This document shows, in pieces, positions 30,961 through 41,796 of a stretch of 64,000 nucleotides of DNA. Each line of letters starts with the position of its first letter. Position 1 is the first letter of the stretch. The translations under genes were made by a program, and so were the position numbers. Below the pieces are notes generated by a model. The model was given only the letters and a program-made list of their open reading frames with translations, ran no database searches and was not told where the DNA came from. This DNA comes from an uncultured virus (IMG/VR IMGVR_UViG_3300037322_000284) (lineage: Duplodnaviria > Heunggongvirae > Uroviricota > Caudoviricetes), in IMG/VR virus record IMGVR_UViG_3300037322_000284; one strand, 5' to 3'.

Positions 30961-31942
30961 AGACGGAGAAGAAGAATTAACAGCAATTGAAAAAATGTAT
31001 TTAAAGTATAATAAGACTGAAAATATATTTAACCCACCAACAGTAGATTTAGGGGATATTGATGTTTCAGTAGAACGATTAAAAAATCCCTTTCTATCAT
31101 TTGATAGGTATTTAGGTGGAGGTCCTGCTTACGGAAAAATTACAACTTACTCGGCTTTTGCCTCTTGTGGTAAAACTTCTTTGGCCTTAGCTTTTGCGGG
31201 AGTAAATAAAGATAAAGTTATTGGTTTTTGTGATAATGAGTTTAATTGGAGCGATTCTTCTTACATATGGATTGACAAGTACTTTGGTATAGAAAAGGAA
31301 AGAATACATGTACTACAACCAACATATCTTGAGGAAGGTGCAGAAATGGTTGAAGATTTATGTAATGTAGCAGATATTGTTATTTTTGATGGGTTTGATT
31401 CACTTGCCCCTAAAGCAGAATATCAAGCAACAATGGAAGAAATGCAAATGGGGCTTCAAGCTCGAGCATATAAAAAATTCTTCAGAAAAACAATGGGTAA
31501 AATATATAAAAGCAAAGCATCACTTGTAGTCACAAATCATTTATATGAAAATATTGGAAATGTATTTGAGCCTTTTAAAGAACCAGGTGGTAGAGCGATA
31601 CATGATTTTGCAAGTCAGAAATTATACCTTACTAGAAGTAACACAAAAGACAAAGAAAAACAAACTGTAGGACAAGATGTAAACGTAACAGTTAATAAGG
31701 ATAAATTATCAGGGCATAGAGGAGCAAAGTTTTCACTACCTTATAATAATAGAACAGGCTTTGATATAGAAATGGATATTTTAAATAATGCGTTAGATTT
31801 AAAAATAGTTCAACAGACAGGGGCTTGGTATGCTTATGATGGCACAAAAATTGGTCAAGGTAAGGATAATGCAAGAGACACATTGAAAGATAATCCTGAA
31901 TTAATGTTAGAAATAGCTAACCTCTGTAGAGAAAAATTTTAA
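30941..31942 (+). CDS. recA: RecA/UvsX-like recombinase
   Basis: ASCGKTSLAL Walker A, VIFDGFDSLAPKAE, MGLQAR, PGGRA, GAWYAY..KIGQGKDNA. Confidence 0.92.
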   Translation: MAKKLVKDGEEELTAIEKMYLKYNKTENIFNPPTVDLGDIDVSVERLKNPFLSFDRYLGGGPAYGKITTYSAFASCGKTSLALAFAGVNKDKVIGFCDNEFNWSDSSYIWIDKYFGIEKERIHVLQPTYLEEGAEMVEDLCNVADIVIFDGFDSLAPKAEYQATMEEMQMGLQARAYKKFFRKTMGKIYKSKASLVVTNHLYENIGNVFEPFKEPGGRAIHDFASQKLYLTRSNTKDKEKQTVGQDVNVTVNKDKLSGHRGAKFSLPYNNRTGFDIEMDILNNALDLKIVQQTGAWYAYDGTKIGQGKDNARDTLKDNPELMLEIANLCREKF

Positions 31943-32075
31943 TATAGAAGCATAACAAAAAAGCGAAAAAAGGTTCGTAGTAGCTTCCCACCAAACCAAG
32001 AACCTCGAAAAACTCACTAGAAATAAGGAGAGTTGTTAGGGTGGGAATTTTTTAAATAAATAAAACAAAAAAATT

Positions 32076-32255
32076 ATGAAAAAATTACTATTATTCCTCT
32101 TAGAGGTAACAGGAGAAATTTCAGTTCAAAAAACTGGAGAAAAGGCTTTAAAAAGTGGTTTGTATAGAAGTGGTAAGCAAGTAATTCCATTAGCTAAGTC
32201 AGAACGGTTTCCACCTAGTGAGGATAATGTTTGGAATTTAGTTGTTTCTGTTTAA
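32076..32255 (+). CDS. Small YjzC-like protein (not in ORF track)
   Basis: 59 aa: KTGEKALKSGLY...IPLAKSERFPP. Confidence 0.55.
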   Translation: MKKLLLFLLEVTGEISVQKTGEKALKSGLYRSGKQVIPLAKSERFPPSEDNVWNLVVSV

Positions 32256-32286
32256 TTTTTTCGGCGAAAAATAAAAAAACAACAAA

Positions 32287-32670
32287 ATGACAGACGTAAT
32301 TTATATTTACTTTATAATTAATGCTTTTATAGCAGGATACACCTATAAAGATACCTATGGTTGGGAAACTAAGTTAACTTCTATTTCATACACTTTTTTT
32401 GCTTTGCTAGTAGGAATACTATTTTATATAATATTATTTATTATTAATGCCTCTGCTCCGATATTAGGATGGACTCATATAGAGATCAAATTTCAATACA
32501 GATTTCATTTTACGAAATATTGGGATAAAATACTTTTAGACGATAATTATTCTCCGATATACAAAACATTAGAAGATAAATTAGAAAGGGCTGAGAAACT
32601 TACGAGAGGTAGTTCAAAACAAGTGAGAAGGCACAATAAAAAAGTAAAAAATAGATATGAAAAACTTTAA
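32287..32670 (+). CDS. Membrane protein
   Basis: Two hydrophobic helices. Confidence 0.6.
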   Translation: MTDVIYIYFIINAFIAGYTYKDTYGWETKLTSISYTFFALLVGILFYIILFIINASAPILGWTHIEIKFQYRFHFTKYWDKILLDDNYSPIYKTLEDKLERAEKLTRGSSKQVRRHNKKVKNRYEKL

Positions 32671-32806
32671 ATAGTGCAGAAAATGGTTAGGGGGGTAATC
32701 GGTACAAACATGAAAACACATTTCAGTTACCGTGTTTATATTTTGATTATTTTTGGGCAAAGTATGGAGAGATTAATAGATACACAAAGGTAGTAGAAAC
32801 AGAAAG

Positions 32807-33235
32807 ATGGCAGTAAAAAAGAAAGAAACAGTAGAATGGACTTATAATAATATTATAGTAGATAACATTTTAAAAACACCTGAAGGTTCCCTAGCATTCA
32901 TTTACAAGATATCTTTACTTGATGGCACAGGTCGTTATTATTATGGCCGTAAAACTATGTGGAAGCCACGCTATACGAGCGGTAAAAATAAAGGAATAAG
33001 TAAGGGGTTGTATGTTTGGCGAACTTACTGTGGTTCATCAAAGGAACTTACGGAATTAATCAAGGGTAATACACCTTACAAAAAAGAAATACTCAAATTC
33101 TGTTTCTCAAAAGCAGAAACAACTTATGAAGAAACTAAACAAATACTTTGCGGGGGAGGTTTGACAGACCCTCTATGTTTGAATTTTTGGATAAAAAGTT
33201 TGATTTACTCTAAACATTTAGAACCAAATAGTTAA
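32807..33235 (+). CDS. GIY-YIG family endonuclease
   Basis: FIYKI...YYYGRK...WRTYCGSS..L...KKEIL. Confidence 0.75.
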   Translation: MAVKKKETVEWTYNNIIVDNILKTPEGSLAFIYKISLLDGTGRYYYGRKTMWKPRYTSGKNKGISKGLYVWRTYCGSSKELTELIKGNTPYKKEILKFCFSKAETTYEETKQILCGGGLTDPLCLNFWIKSLIYSKHLEPNS

Positions 33236-33512
33236 ATTCCCGCAAAAAAAATAAATAAAAATGACAGAAGAACAGTATTTAATAATGGTAGGAATAAGAA
33301 GTATTGAGTATGAATACTCAGATGAAGAGTTATTCAATAACTTGGAATACTTTAAAAAGTGTCACAGACGAGGATTAAGTGCATATAAAGCATTACTTTT
33401 TCTGTTTGATGAGTGGAGTTTTCCATCGGATTAAATTTCCGAAAAAAGTAAGCTAAACAATTGCACAGCTAAAAAACATTACTTATATTTACTGAAATAA
33501 ATAAACATAATT

Positions 33513-34160
33513 ATGAAAGAACCGAACAGAGTTAGAAAATTAGAGATTAAGTATAATTTACAATTAAATGAAGAGCAAAAAGAAGCTAAAAGATTAATTT
33601 TAGATAACCAGATTGTAATAATTACTGGGCGTGCGGGATCGGGCAAAAGTTTGGTGGGAGCTATTACAGCTTTAGATTTTTTAAGTACAAAACAATGTGA
33701 TAAAATTTTAGTTACGAGAAGTGCAATAGAAGTAGGAAAATCATTGGGATATCTTCCTGGAAATTTAGATGACAAATTTAATGTGTATATCGAAGCACTA
33801 CTAGAAAATTTATACAAGTGTGCAGATAAGTCTAAAATAGACGAGTTTGTGAAAGATGGTAAGATACAAGGATTACCTGTCCAATATATTAGAGGTAAGA
33901 CAATTGATGATGTTTTATTAGTTGAAGAGGCTCAAAACTTAACAGTAAAAGAGATGGAAGCAATTTTATGTAGATTAGGTAAAACAGGTAAGATAGTAAT
34001 TAATGGAGATCAAGCTCAGCGTGATATAACAGAAACTTACACAGGATTAGATTTTGCAATTAAGTTATCTAAAAATATTAAAGGTATAAATCATATCAAA
34101 CTTAAAGAAAACCATAGGAGTGGATTAGTTGGAGAAATTTTAGATTATATTTATAAATAA
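33513..34160 (+). CDS. phoH: PhoH-like ATPase
   Basis: GRAGSGKS, LGYLPG, YIRGKT, EEAQN, RLG, GDQAQRD. Confidence 0.93.
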   Translation: MKEPNRVRKLEIKYNLQLNEEQKEAKRLILDNQIVIITGRAGSGKSLVGAITALDFLSTKQCDKILVTRSAIEVGKSLGYLPGNLDDKFNVYIEALLENLYKCADKSKIDEFVKDGKIQGLPVQYIRGKTIDDVLLVEEAQNLTVKEMEAILCRLGKTGKIVINGDQAQRDITETYTGLDFAIKLSKNIKGINHIKLKENHRSGLVGEILDYIYK

Positions 34161-34197
34161 ATTTGCAAGTTAAAAAGTAAAGTTGTATATTTGTAGA

Positions 34198-34401
34198 AGA
34201 TAAAAACAAGCTGAAATACAAGACGTAGCATTAGATGTAGAATTGACTTTGAAACAAAAGGTTGTCTAATGTTATAACTCTTAAACTAATAAAGAGTGTG
34301 TTCTTGTGCTAGGAAGTAGTAAGTAAGTGCTCCATTGATATCAGGGTTGAGGAGCTCCTGAATTATTTTCAACGGTTGGAATGTTGACTTGTTTTTTATC
34401 T
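34198..34401 (+). ncRNA. Putative ~200-nt multi-stem ncRNA
   Basis: Starts just after promoter 34162-34193; closing stem agataaaaacaag/cttgttttttatct; internal stems tagcattagat/gtctaatgtta and actctt/aagagt. Confidence 0.55.
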
Positions 34402-34610
34402 TTTTTGCGGAAAATTAAAATAAGTAAATACGAACCTTCTTTGGTGGAAGACAGACACATAATATGAGTTTATTATTCTCGGTAGAGAGTTCAAGATGAA
34501 ATTGCTTGTAAGAAGTTTTACTTAAATATCGGTTACATCCCCTCGAATAGTATTCTTGGACTGACCCACGTTGCTTGTTTAACCGAGAGTGTCAAGTGGG
34601 TTTATTTTTT

Positions 34611-34710
34611 GGAGTAAAAGGGTTGTGTGATGATTTTAGGTAGGCTAGGACAAACTAGATGGCTAATGATATGTAGCTTAACACTGGGGGGTTCGATTCC
34701 ACCTGCTCCA
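34611..34710 (+). ncRNA. tRNA-like RNA with atypical core
   Basis: Acceptor ggagta/tgctcc + A, T-loop ttcgatt; two internal hairpins, no canonical D or anticodon arm. Confidence 0.5.
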
Positions 34711-34765
34711 CAAAATAGACCACAAGAGGATTGACAAACAGTAAGGGTTTGTAAGTGGTAAAGTT

Positions 34766-34836
34766 TAGTCAATAGCTCAATTGGATAGAGTGGGGGATAA
34801 AACTCAGGGATATTGTTTCAAGCCCAATTTGACTAC
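34766..34836 (+). tRNA. Degenerate tRNA / tRNA-like element, anticodon unassignable
   Basis: Perfect acceptor tagtcaa/ttgacta, D-arm gctc-aattggata-gagt, shortened anticodon arm, imperfect T-arm. Confidence 0.55.
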
Positions 34837-34951
34837 CTATTCCAATCCCAAGGAAGTAAATAAAAGGAGAGATTAAAGTTGTTCTCACAAGACAACCGTT
34901 TGCGGAAAGACGTGAAAGATTCTGTGACTAATAGGAATAGACTATTCTTAA

Positions 34952-35158
34952 TTCGTGATGGTGTAATTGGAAGGCACGCCTAAAGTTAAGTCGGTAGGTG
35001 GTAAGGGCAATAAGAGGAGTATAATGATAGGTGGGAGTAATTAACCTCTGAACTGCCAAAGTTAACTATTATTACAAATTGAAATGACCCAAAAGTGGAA
35101 ACAAGAAGTGTACATTACTTGTGAAAGCTCCGTGAAGGTTCGAGTCCTTCTCACGAAA
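34952..35158 (+). ncRNA. tRNA-like RNA with ~130-nt structured insertion
   Basis: Acceptor ttcgtga/tcacgaa, D-arm gtg-taattggaagg-cac, T-arm gaagg-ttcgagt-ccttc; 207 nt total. Confidence 0.7.
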
Positions 35159-35427
35159 CATCAGTTACTTAATTTGAACATGGAAAGTAACAGACATTGT
35201 AGAGTTCAATCTAGTGAATGTTAAGTCTTAATCACGCAGAATTAAGGAGAGTACTTAGGGTAGGCATGTGCCAAACTCTCATTTTTAAAAAACATATACA
35301 CTCACAATTATGAAAATTTCAGGAAATGGCTTTACTTACTTTGTAGAGTGGGAAAGATTAACAAAAAATGGAGATTGGATAACTAAAGTTAAAGACTTAG
35401 AATTAAGAGCAACTAAAATTAAAAGTA

Positions 35428-36003
35428 ATGGAGAGTAATGCTAGGCATTTTATTGGTAACGTTGAAGTAGATAAAGAGGATATTAAAAATTGTACAACTA
35501 GTGCCACAAAAAAGAGTGGAAAGTCTATAAGTACAACTATGTTTCTTGATGAGGTATTAAGTGAGTTATTTTCAGATTGTAATAATACAAGAAAAAAAGA
35601 TAACAAGTATGATGAAAAAAATTGGGGAGTACTAAAAAATAACTTTAAAGGTTCTGTTTTTGAAACAACAGAGCATCCACTAAAAGAAACAAAGGGTGTT
35701 AAATATAATGATGGTAAATTACCTCTAGATATTATGCTAACAAGACAGTTCCCAAAAGCTTTAAATGCAGTGTGTCAAGCAACTATGTTTGGACACAATA
35801 AGTATAAAGATACAGATGTCGATTTTTTAAATTTTAAAAAAGTATTAGGGGGGAGTCAAACTTATGCGGATGCTTTACAAAGACACAGTGTTGACAAAAG
35901 TGTAATAGATTTAGACAGTGGATTGCCTCACATCTTTCATAAATGCTGGAATGCATTAGCAGAACTTGAATTATGGATTGAAGAAAATAAATTTGCACAT
36001 TAA
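35428..36003 (+). CDS. dATP/dGTP diphosphohydrolase domain (DUF5664-like) protein
   Basis: GVKYNDGKLP...FGHNKY...YADALQRH...SGLPHIFH..WNAL. Confidence 0.8.
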   Translation: MESNARHFIGNVEVDKEDIKNCTTSATKKSGKSISTTMFLDEVLSELFSDCNNTRKKDNKYDEKNWGVLKNNFKGSVFETTEHPLKETKGVKYNDGKLPLDIMLTRQFPKALNAVCQATMFGHNKYKDTDVDFLNFKKVLGGSQTYADALQRHSVDKSVIDLDSGLPHIFHKCWNALAELELWIEENKFAH

Positions 36004-36041
36004 AAAATAAAACACTAACTTTGCTTAAATAAAAATAACAG

Positions 36042-36491
36042 ATGGGAAGACCTAGAATTTTATACCTGACAGTGGTAAACTTTGTACCTAATGAGCAAGG
36101 ACAAGCAAGAATAGATAAAGAAATAGCAAAAGAAGACGCTCAAGATGAAGTGCATGGATTTAGTAAAGCGTGGTACGAAGATCAAGGGTTACGCCCACCA
36201 AAAAATCTAGCCTCAGAAAAGTCTGAAATAGATGAAAATGGACTTATGACGTTAAAAAAAGAAGAGATTGAAGAAGAATTTTTAGACTTAATAGTTAATT
36301 ATAGTGAGTTCGAAAGTTGTGAAGATAACTCAGAAGGTTTTAGTTTTTTAGAGCTTAAATCAGGTAAAGGTTATACGGTTGTTGAATCAGCAGAAGAGAT
36401 TTACGCACAGATTTTCCTAATGGATCAAAGTATTTTAGATAGAATAATAAGTAGAATAAAACAAGCAATAAGCACCCTAAAACGGGAATAA
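36042..36491 (+). CDS. Hypothetical acidic protein
   Basis: 149 aa after promoter at ~35992-36023. Confidence 0.6.
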   Translation: MGRPRILYLTVVNFVPNEQGQARIDKEIAKEDAQDEVHGFSKAWYEDQGLRPPKNLASEKSEIDENGLMTLKKEEIEEEFLDLIVNYSEFESCEDNSEGFSFLELKSGKGYTVVESAEEIYAQIFLMDQSILDRIISRIKQAISTLKRE

Positions 36492-36509
36492 CAATTAAAT
36501 TAAATTAAA

Positions 36510-37235
36510 ATGGCAGCAGAAAACAATGCACAAAGCTCAGGTCGTAAGAACTATTATGGAGTTAGTTATGGTAAATTATCTACAAAGGTTAAAGACATCC
36601 CTGAAGGTTACACAGAGATTACAGAAGCAGATTTGAAATCTAAAACACAAGCTGTGGAACAATTAGATTTACGTAGTAAGTACGTAAACAAAGGTAAAGG
36701 GGACTACCAATACCAAGTGTTTTACGATAGTTTGATTGGTAATATTACAGCGCAAGAAAAGTTTACAAACGATAATGGAACAAATTTAAATCTTACAGTT
36801 TTAGATAAAGATGGAGATGAAAGTATTATTCAAATTAAATTCTATTCTAAGTATGCGGAAAATATTCTAAATCGCTTATTGAATACAGATACAGCAAAAC
36901 AGATGGTATTTTTTCCTTATGCTATCCCAAACACTTCGGAAATTAATGGAGAAAATAAAACGTACTACACTTCAGGTATTTCTTTAAGAGTTGATGGTAG
37001 CAAAGTAGAGCCTAAATATAAAGATAAAAGAACAGATTCAAAATCTTTACTACCTGACACAGAGCAAGTAAAAGTACAAGGTAAGATGACCACAAGTAGA
37101 GACTCTCGTTTAGACTTTCTTTATGAGGAATTCTCCAAACATTTTAAAGGTGCTACAGAGACTCCTAAAGCAAAAGCTCCAGAAGCTAAGACTGCTCAAC
37201 AAGCATTTGAACCAGCAGATGATTTACCTTTTTAA
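36510..37235 (+). CDS. Putative single-stranded DNA-binding protein
   Basis: Beta-rich core, low-complexity linker, C-terminal DDLPF tail. Confidence 0.7.
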   Translation: MAAENNAQSSGRKNYYGVSYGKLSTKVKDIPEGYTEITEADLKSKTQAVEQLDLRSKYVNKGKGDYQYQVFYDSLIGNITAQEKFTNDNGTNLNLTVLDKDGDESIIQIKFYSKYAENILNRLLNTDTAKQMVFFPYAIPNTSEINGENKTYYTSGISLRVDGSKVEPKYKDKRTDSKSLLPDTEQVKVQGKMTTSRDSRLDFLYEEFSKHFKGATETPKAKAPEAKTAQQAFEPADDLPF

Positions 37236-37238
37236 AAT

Positions 37239-38312
37239 ATGGAAGACAAGGTAAAAAGATTTGTGGAATTATCAATTAAATTCACAAAAAAAGTAGATGA
37301 TCTATTTAATAGTCCTAATACTGATATTACTAGTATTTCAGGCACTCTTATGAATTATACAGGCACTGTTATGAATTGTATGGTTACCCTTAGTGCAGAC
37401 TCTTCTCAAAACTTTGTAGAAAAGTCAAGGTCTGAAAAAATGCAGGAACAAACGGACGGATTAAAACTTTTGTCGGACGAGTATGATGAATACTTACACC
37501 TACAAAAGAACTTATTAAACTATTACAAATCGTTAGAAAATTTAAATGGAAAATAGAGAGTTAGTAAACCCGTATGAATACTCATACGAACAAGATCAAT
37601 TGATTTCAATAAACGCTAATGCTGTAACTGTTATAATGCAGTTCTTACAGCAAGTAATTGAAAAAGAGCCCTCAGTAGGTGCCTTAAGAGTATACCCTAA
37701 AAAAGTAGACGAGATTAAAGATGAAGATGGTAACTTATTAAAAGTTGCTATTGATTGGGCGGAACACACAGCAAACAGTTTCTTTTTTACTGCTGCTGAG
37801 GAAAATGGAGCTGTACCTATAACCACGGAGATATCTCTTAAAGCAAACCAATTACTTTTTGCACTCACACAAATACACCAAGATAATATTAACAAAGGGA
37901 TTGCTAAAAAATCAGAAGAAGTAAATGGAGAAGGAGTTTTTAAATCATAATCACTATTTAAACTTTATAAAAAAAATGTTAAAAGCTACTTTTGTCGGTT
38001 GGGAGACTTACAAAGGTAGCAAAACATTAAAAGTGATAATAGACGGCAAAGTGTTTCCTATGAAGTTAAGTGATGGAGATATAACGGAAGACACGTACAG
38101 ACAACTAATAACAGAACTAATGACCCCAAATGAAAAGGAATAGCGAAGATTTTAAAAAATTATACACGTGCCTAAGAGAAACAGAAGAGTTACATCAAAT
38201 GTTTAGAGGTATGAGTGGAGATTGGGAAAAAGATAAAAATAAATTTATAGAGTCACAACTTATAATTGAGGAAATGGCGAATATAGTAGATATAGAGTAT
38301 GACCAAGAGTAA
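37239..38312 (+). other. Four hypothetical ORFs (37239-37556, 37546-37950, 37925-38143, 38130-38312)
   Basis: Overlapping, translationally coupled ORFs. Confidence 0.6.
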
Positions 38313-39843
38313 TAATATTTTAATTGACGATTACAAGAAATTAGACGCTGGTTTTTTAGAAGCGTGTGACGCTGTAGCAAGGACTTTAGGAGTGGAAGGA
38401 AGATTAGCTATATTAGATAACAACACAGACCCGCCTATTGTAACAAAAGATGGTGTAAGTGTTATGAAGCACATAAGGTTCTCTAATAAAACCATGAATT
38501 TTGGAGCTTTACAGGCAATTGCAGGTGCGGCTAGAACTTTAGAAAAATCAGGAGATAGTACAACAACAACAGCAGTTTTTATGCAAGGTTTTTTAAGAAA
38601 ACTAAAGCGTGAGCACTTTAATAAGGCAGTTGAGAGAGGAATTTATAAAGGAGTTGAAGAAGTTTATAAAAAATTGGAAATTCTTAGTAAAAAAGCCTCA
38701 AAGTCAGACTTAAAGCGTATTGTAAAAACCGCTTGTAATAACGACGAAGATTTAGCCAATATTATTATACAAGCTTTCGACTATGCAGGTAAAGATGGCA
38801 TAGTAGAGTGTATTCAAAATAAAGACAAAGATAAAACAGAGTTTGTGAAGCAAGATGGGATGCTTTTAGATTCTCACGGGTATACATCACCTTTCTTTAT
38901 AAATAGAGAAGATAAAACGGTTTGTTTTGATGGGCAGAACGTTGGAATAATTTGTTCAGCCACTTGGGAGTACAGTTCTAAAATTATAGACTCTGTTAAG
39001 CATTTTTATTCTGAAAATAATAAAAAAACACCACTTGTGATTTTCTTAGAAAGACCTCACACAGATATGACTGATAAGCTTGTAGGAATAAAAGAAGTAG
39101 GTTATAATGTTTGTTGTGTGGCTACTAATGGGTATAATGAGTATGAAAGTCAAACGTTACTTGAAGATATCGCAAACTTTACAGGAGCTTCGGTTTATAA
39201 TCCTAGAGATTTAGAGAGTAAAGTTATTTTTGGATTAGCCGATAAGGTGGTTATTGATATAAATTCTACAAGTATTGTAGTTGAAAATATTCCACAAATT
39301 ATTAAAGACAAAGTAACAGCTTTAGAAAAAGCCGATAAAAAAGATAATAGAAGAGTTAAGAGACTTAAAGGAAAAGCCTCAATCATTGAAGTTGGGGGAC
39401 TAACACCAAGCCAGCAAAAAGAAACCTTTGACAGAGTAGAAGATGCAATTGCTTCAGTTAAAACTACAAATGTTGAAGGGTATATTGCAGGAGGGGGGAG
39501 TACCTTAGTTTATATTTCAGGCATAATGGATACTAAATTAGTATCTAAAGAAGAACAAAGAGGGTATGATTTGGTTAAAGTAGTTTTAAAAGAACCCTTT
39601 CTTAAAATTCTAAGCAATGCCAACAGAAGACAAAGCTTTTTTGGAAAACCTTATCTTAAGTCCTGTAGTAAATATGGATTTGGGTATAACGCCTCAACAG
39701 ATGAAATTGCAAACCTTATAGATGATGGAGTGATTGATTCCAAAAAGTCTATTAGGATAGCCTTAGAGTCAGCTACCGAGAGGGCAATTCAAATGTTTAA
39801 TATTTCCGTCATTGTTCATTTTCCTCAAGAGATGACTTTATAA
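38299..39843 (+). CDS. groEL: Phage chaperonin GroEL-like
   Basis: TKDGVSV, GDSTTT, DRVEDAI, EGYIAGGG, GVIDS. Confidence 0.92.
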   Translation: MTKSNNILIDDYKKLDAGFLEACDAVARTLGVEGRLAILDNNTDPPIVTKDGVSVMKHIRFSNKTMNFGALQAIAGAARTLEKSGDSTTTTAVFMQGFLRKLKREHFNKAVERGIYKGVEEVYKKLEILSKKASKSDLKRIVKTACNNDEDLANIIIQAFDYAGKDGIVECIQNKDKDKTEFVKQDGMLLDSHGYTSPFFINREDKTVCFDGQNVGIICSATWEYSSKIIDSVKHFYSENNKKTPLVIFLERPHTDMTDKLVGIKEVGYNVCCVATNGYNEYESQTLLEDIANFTGASVYNPRDLESKVIFGLADKVVIDINSTSIVVENIPQIIKDKVTALEKADKKDNRRVKRLKGKASIIEVGGLTPSQQKETFDRVEDAIASVKTTNVEGYIAGGGSTLVYISGIMDTKLVSKEEQRGYDLVKVVLKEPFLKILSNANRRQSFFGKPYLKSCSKYGFGYNASTDEIANLIDDGVIDSKKSIRIALESATERAIQMFNISVIVHFPQEMTL

Positions 39844-39929
39844 ACAAAAGCGAAAGCAAGTAAGAATTAATTTCTGAAAGTTTTCGCTTTTTTGTTTGCA
39901 CACATTAAAAAAGTTTACTACATTTGTAT

Positions 39930-41788
39930 TATGATAATTAGAGTAGAGAATATTAAAGATAGCGATGTAGTCTTAGTAGTTAGTGAATTAGATAAATATA
40001 TTGGTAAAATGTATTTTTACGAATTTGTAGAGTGTTTAGATGATACAAGAGAGCCTATAGAAGAGGATGAACATACCTGGTGGTTCGTAGATAAAGTAAA
40101 AATTAATAAATTACTGAAAAAATGATAGACGAGTGGAAAAGATTAAGTGGTGCAATAATAAGAGAATTTGTAGAAGTTTATTTTGACGGATTATGTGATT
40201 ATTATTGGATAAACGATGATTATCAAATTTTTAATGTGAGCGACTATTATTTTAATTTTTCTGATGCGAGGTATTGTTTGGAAAACGAAGTTGAAGTAAA
40301 TAAATTATTTGAATGGTATAACTTTTCACTTGAAACAAGCGGAGAAGGTGGTAGAGTGCTAAGTTTAGGTGATTATCTAATAGCTCCAGAGGAAAGAAAG
40401 CTAATAGAAGAGGAATATCTAATAGAATTGAGAAATAGGGTTGAAAATGCAAAACAAGCTTTAGAAAACGCAATAATAAATCAAAATGACAGACTTACAG
40501 TTTAAAACAATATATGACACATATAAAAACAATAATTTTGACTTGTGTTATAATTATTATTTAGTGGAGGCACCAATAAAAGGTCATCCTGTCATATCAC
40601 AGGCGCAGTTTCAAGAAATGTTCCAAATATGGATAATGATGTCAAATATGGGAGACGTGGTAAGTGGTTTAAATAATGGTGTAGAAAGTTTAAAAGTAAA
40701 ACATAAATTATGAAATGGACAGAACCAAAACCGCCCACAAAAGGTGTAAGCTACTATGACCACACAACTTGTCAAACACCTTTAGGTAGATGTAAAGTGG
40801 AGTGGAAATCTTGGAAAAATTCTCCTGACTATGATTTATATTTTGAAGATGAATATATCACTTTTGCTTACACTTTAGAAGAAGCAAAAGAGATGGCATT
40901 GGAGTATTTAATAAACACTAAAGATAATTTAGATAAATTTTTGGCGGAAAAAGTTAAAAACAAAGAATGATACAAAAATTTAAAATAACAACAGAAGTTG
41001 AAATTGACATACAAAAAATATTCTCAGATAACATAGAAGGATATAGACAAGATAATATTATCTCTGACGATGATTATATTATACAATCAATTTATGAAGT
41101 AATAAGAGATGGTTATATAGAACAGATAAAAGATAAATGTGAAGGTAAATTTCTAGATATGTATGATGACATTAAACACCATAAAGAAGTTGATATAATA
41201 ATTGGAAAAGAAATTATTAAAAATCTTAAAATAGAATTAACATGAAAAACTTACCCGAAGGAATGATTACGGATAGAGATGATAACGTTTATTACGACAC
41301 AGAAAAAAAGCAGTTCTACATTATTGAATGGGAAGATACTGGTAATTCAGACGTACCAACTAGGTATTACTTATAACTAAATTTTCGGTAAAAATATGAC
41401 AACAAACAACAACAAAGCAAGACAAATATTCTACGACCACATAATAGCCAATCATAAAACTATAAAGATAAAACCAGGTAAATGTAGATACAATTATAAA
41501 TGTCAAATGAACGCCGTACACGAAGCAAAGAAAAACAAACATAAGAAAATAGCAATGTGTGTTTACATGGACGGAGGAAATCCCAACATACACTTCATAA
41601 ATTACCACAAAGGAAAATACACTGACAACACTTTAGGACAGTGGAGCAAATGTTACAATTACTATTTCATAAAATGGATAGATGAAGCTGACATGTGGAA
41701 TGTGGATGCAATATTTACAGCTTTTAGAAAAGACTTGAAAAATATGTTGCCTTGGTGGATTAGAATGACAAGTGATTATGAATGTTAA
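39930..41788 (+). other. Run of small hypothetical ORFs (39930-40125, 40122-40505, 40486-40713, 40710-40970, 40967-41245, 41396-41788)
   Basis: Coupled ORFs behind TTTGCA...TACATTTG promoter at ~39895-39925. Confidence 0.6.
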
Positions 41789-41796
41789 AAGATAAA

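Noticed and set aside
34611..35158. Canonical tmRNA
   Set aside because: No G3.U70 alanine identity pair in the acceptor stems, lengths too short, no clear tag reading frame
35428..36003. Z-genome (2-aminoadenine) pathway implied by DUF5664
   Set aside because: No PurZ or other base-modification genes in this window; the domain alone is insufficient
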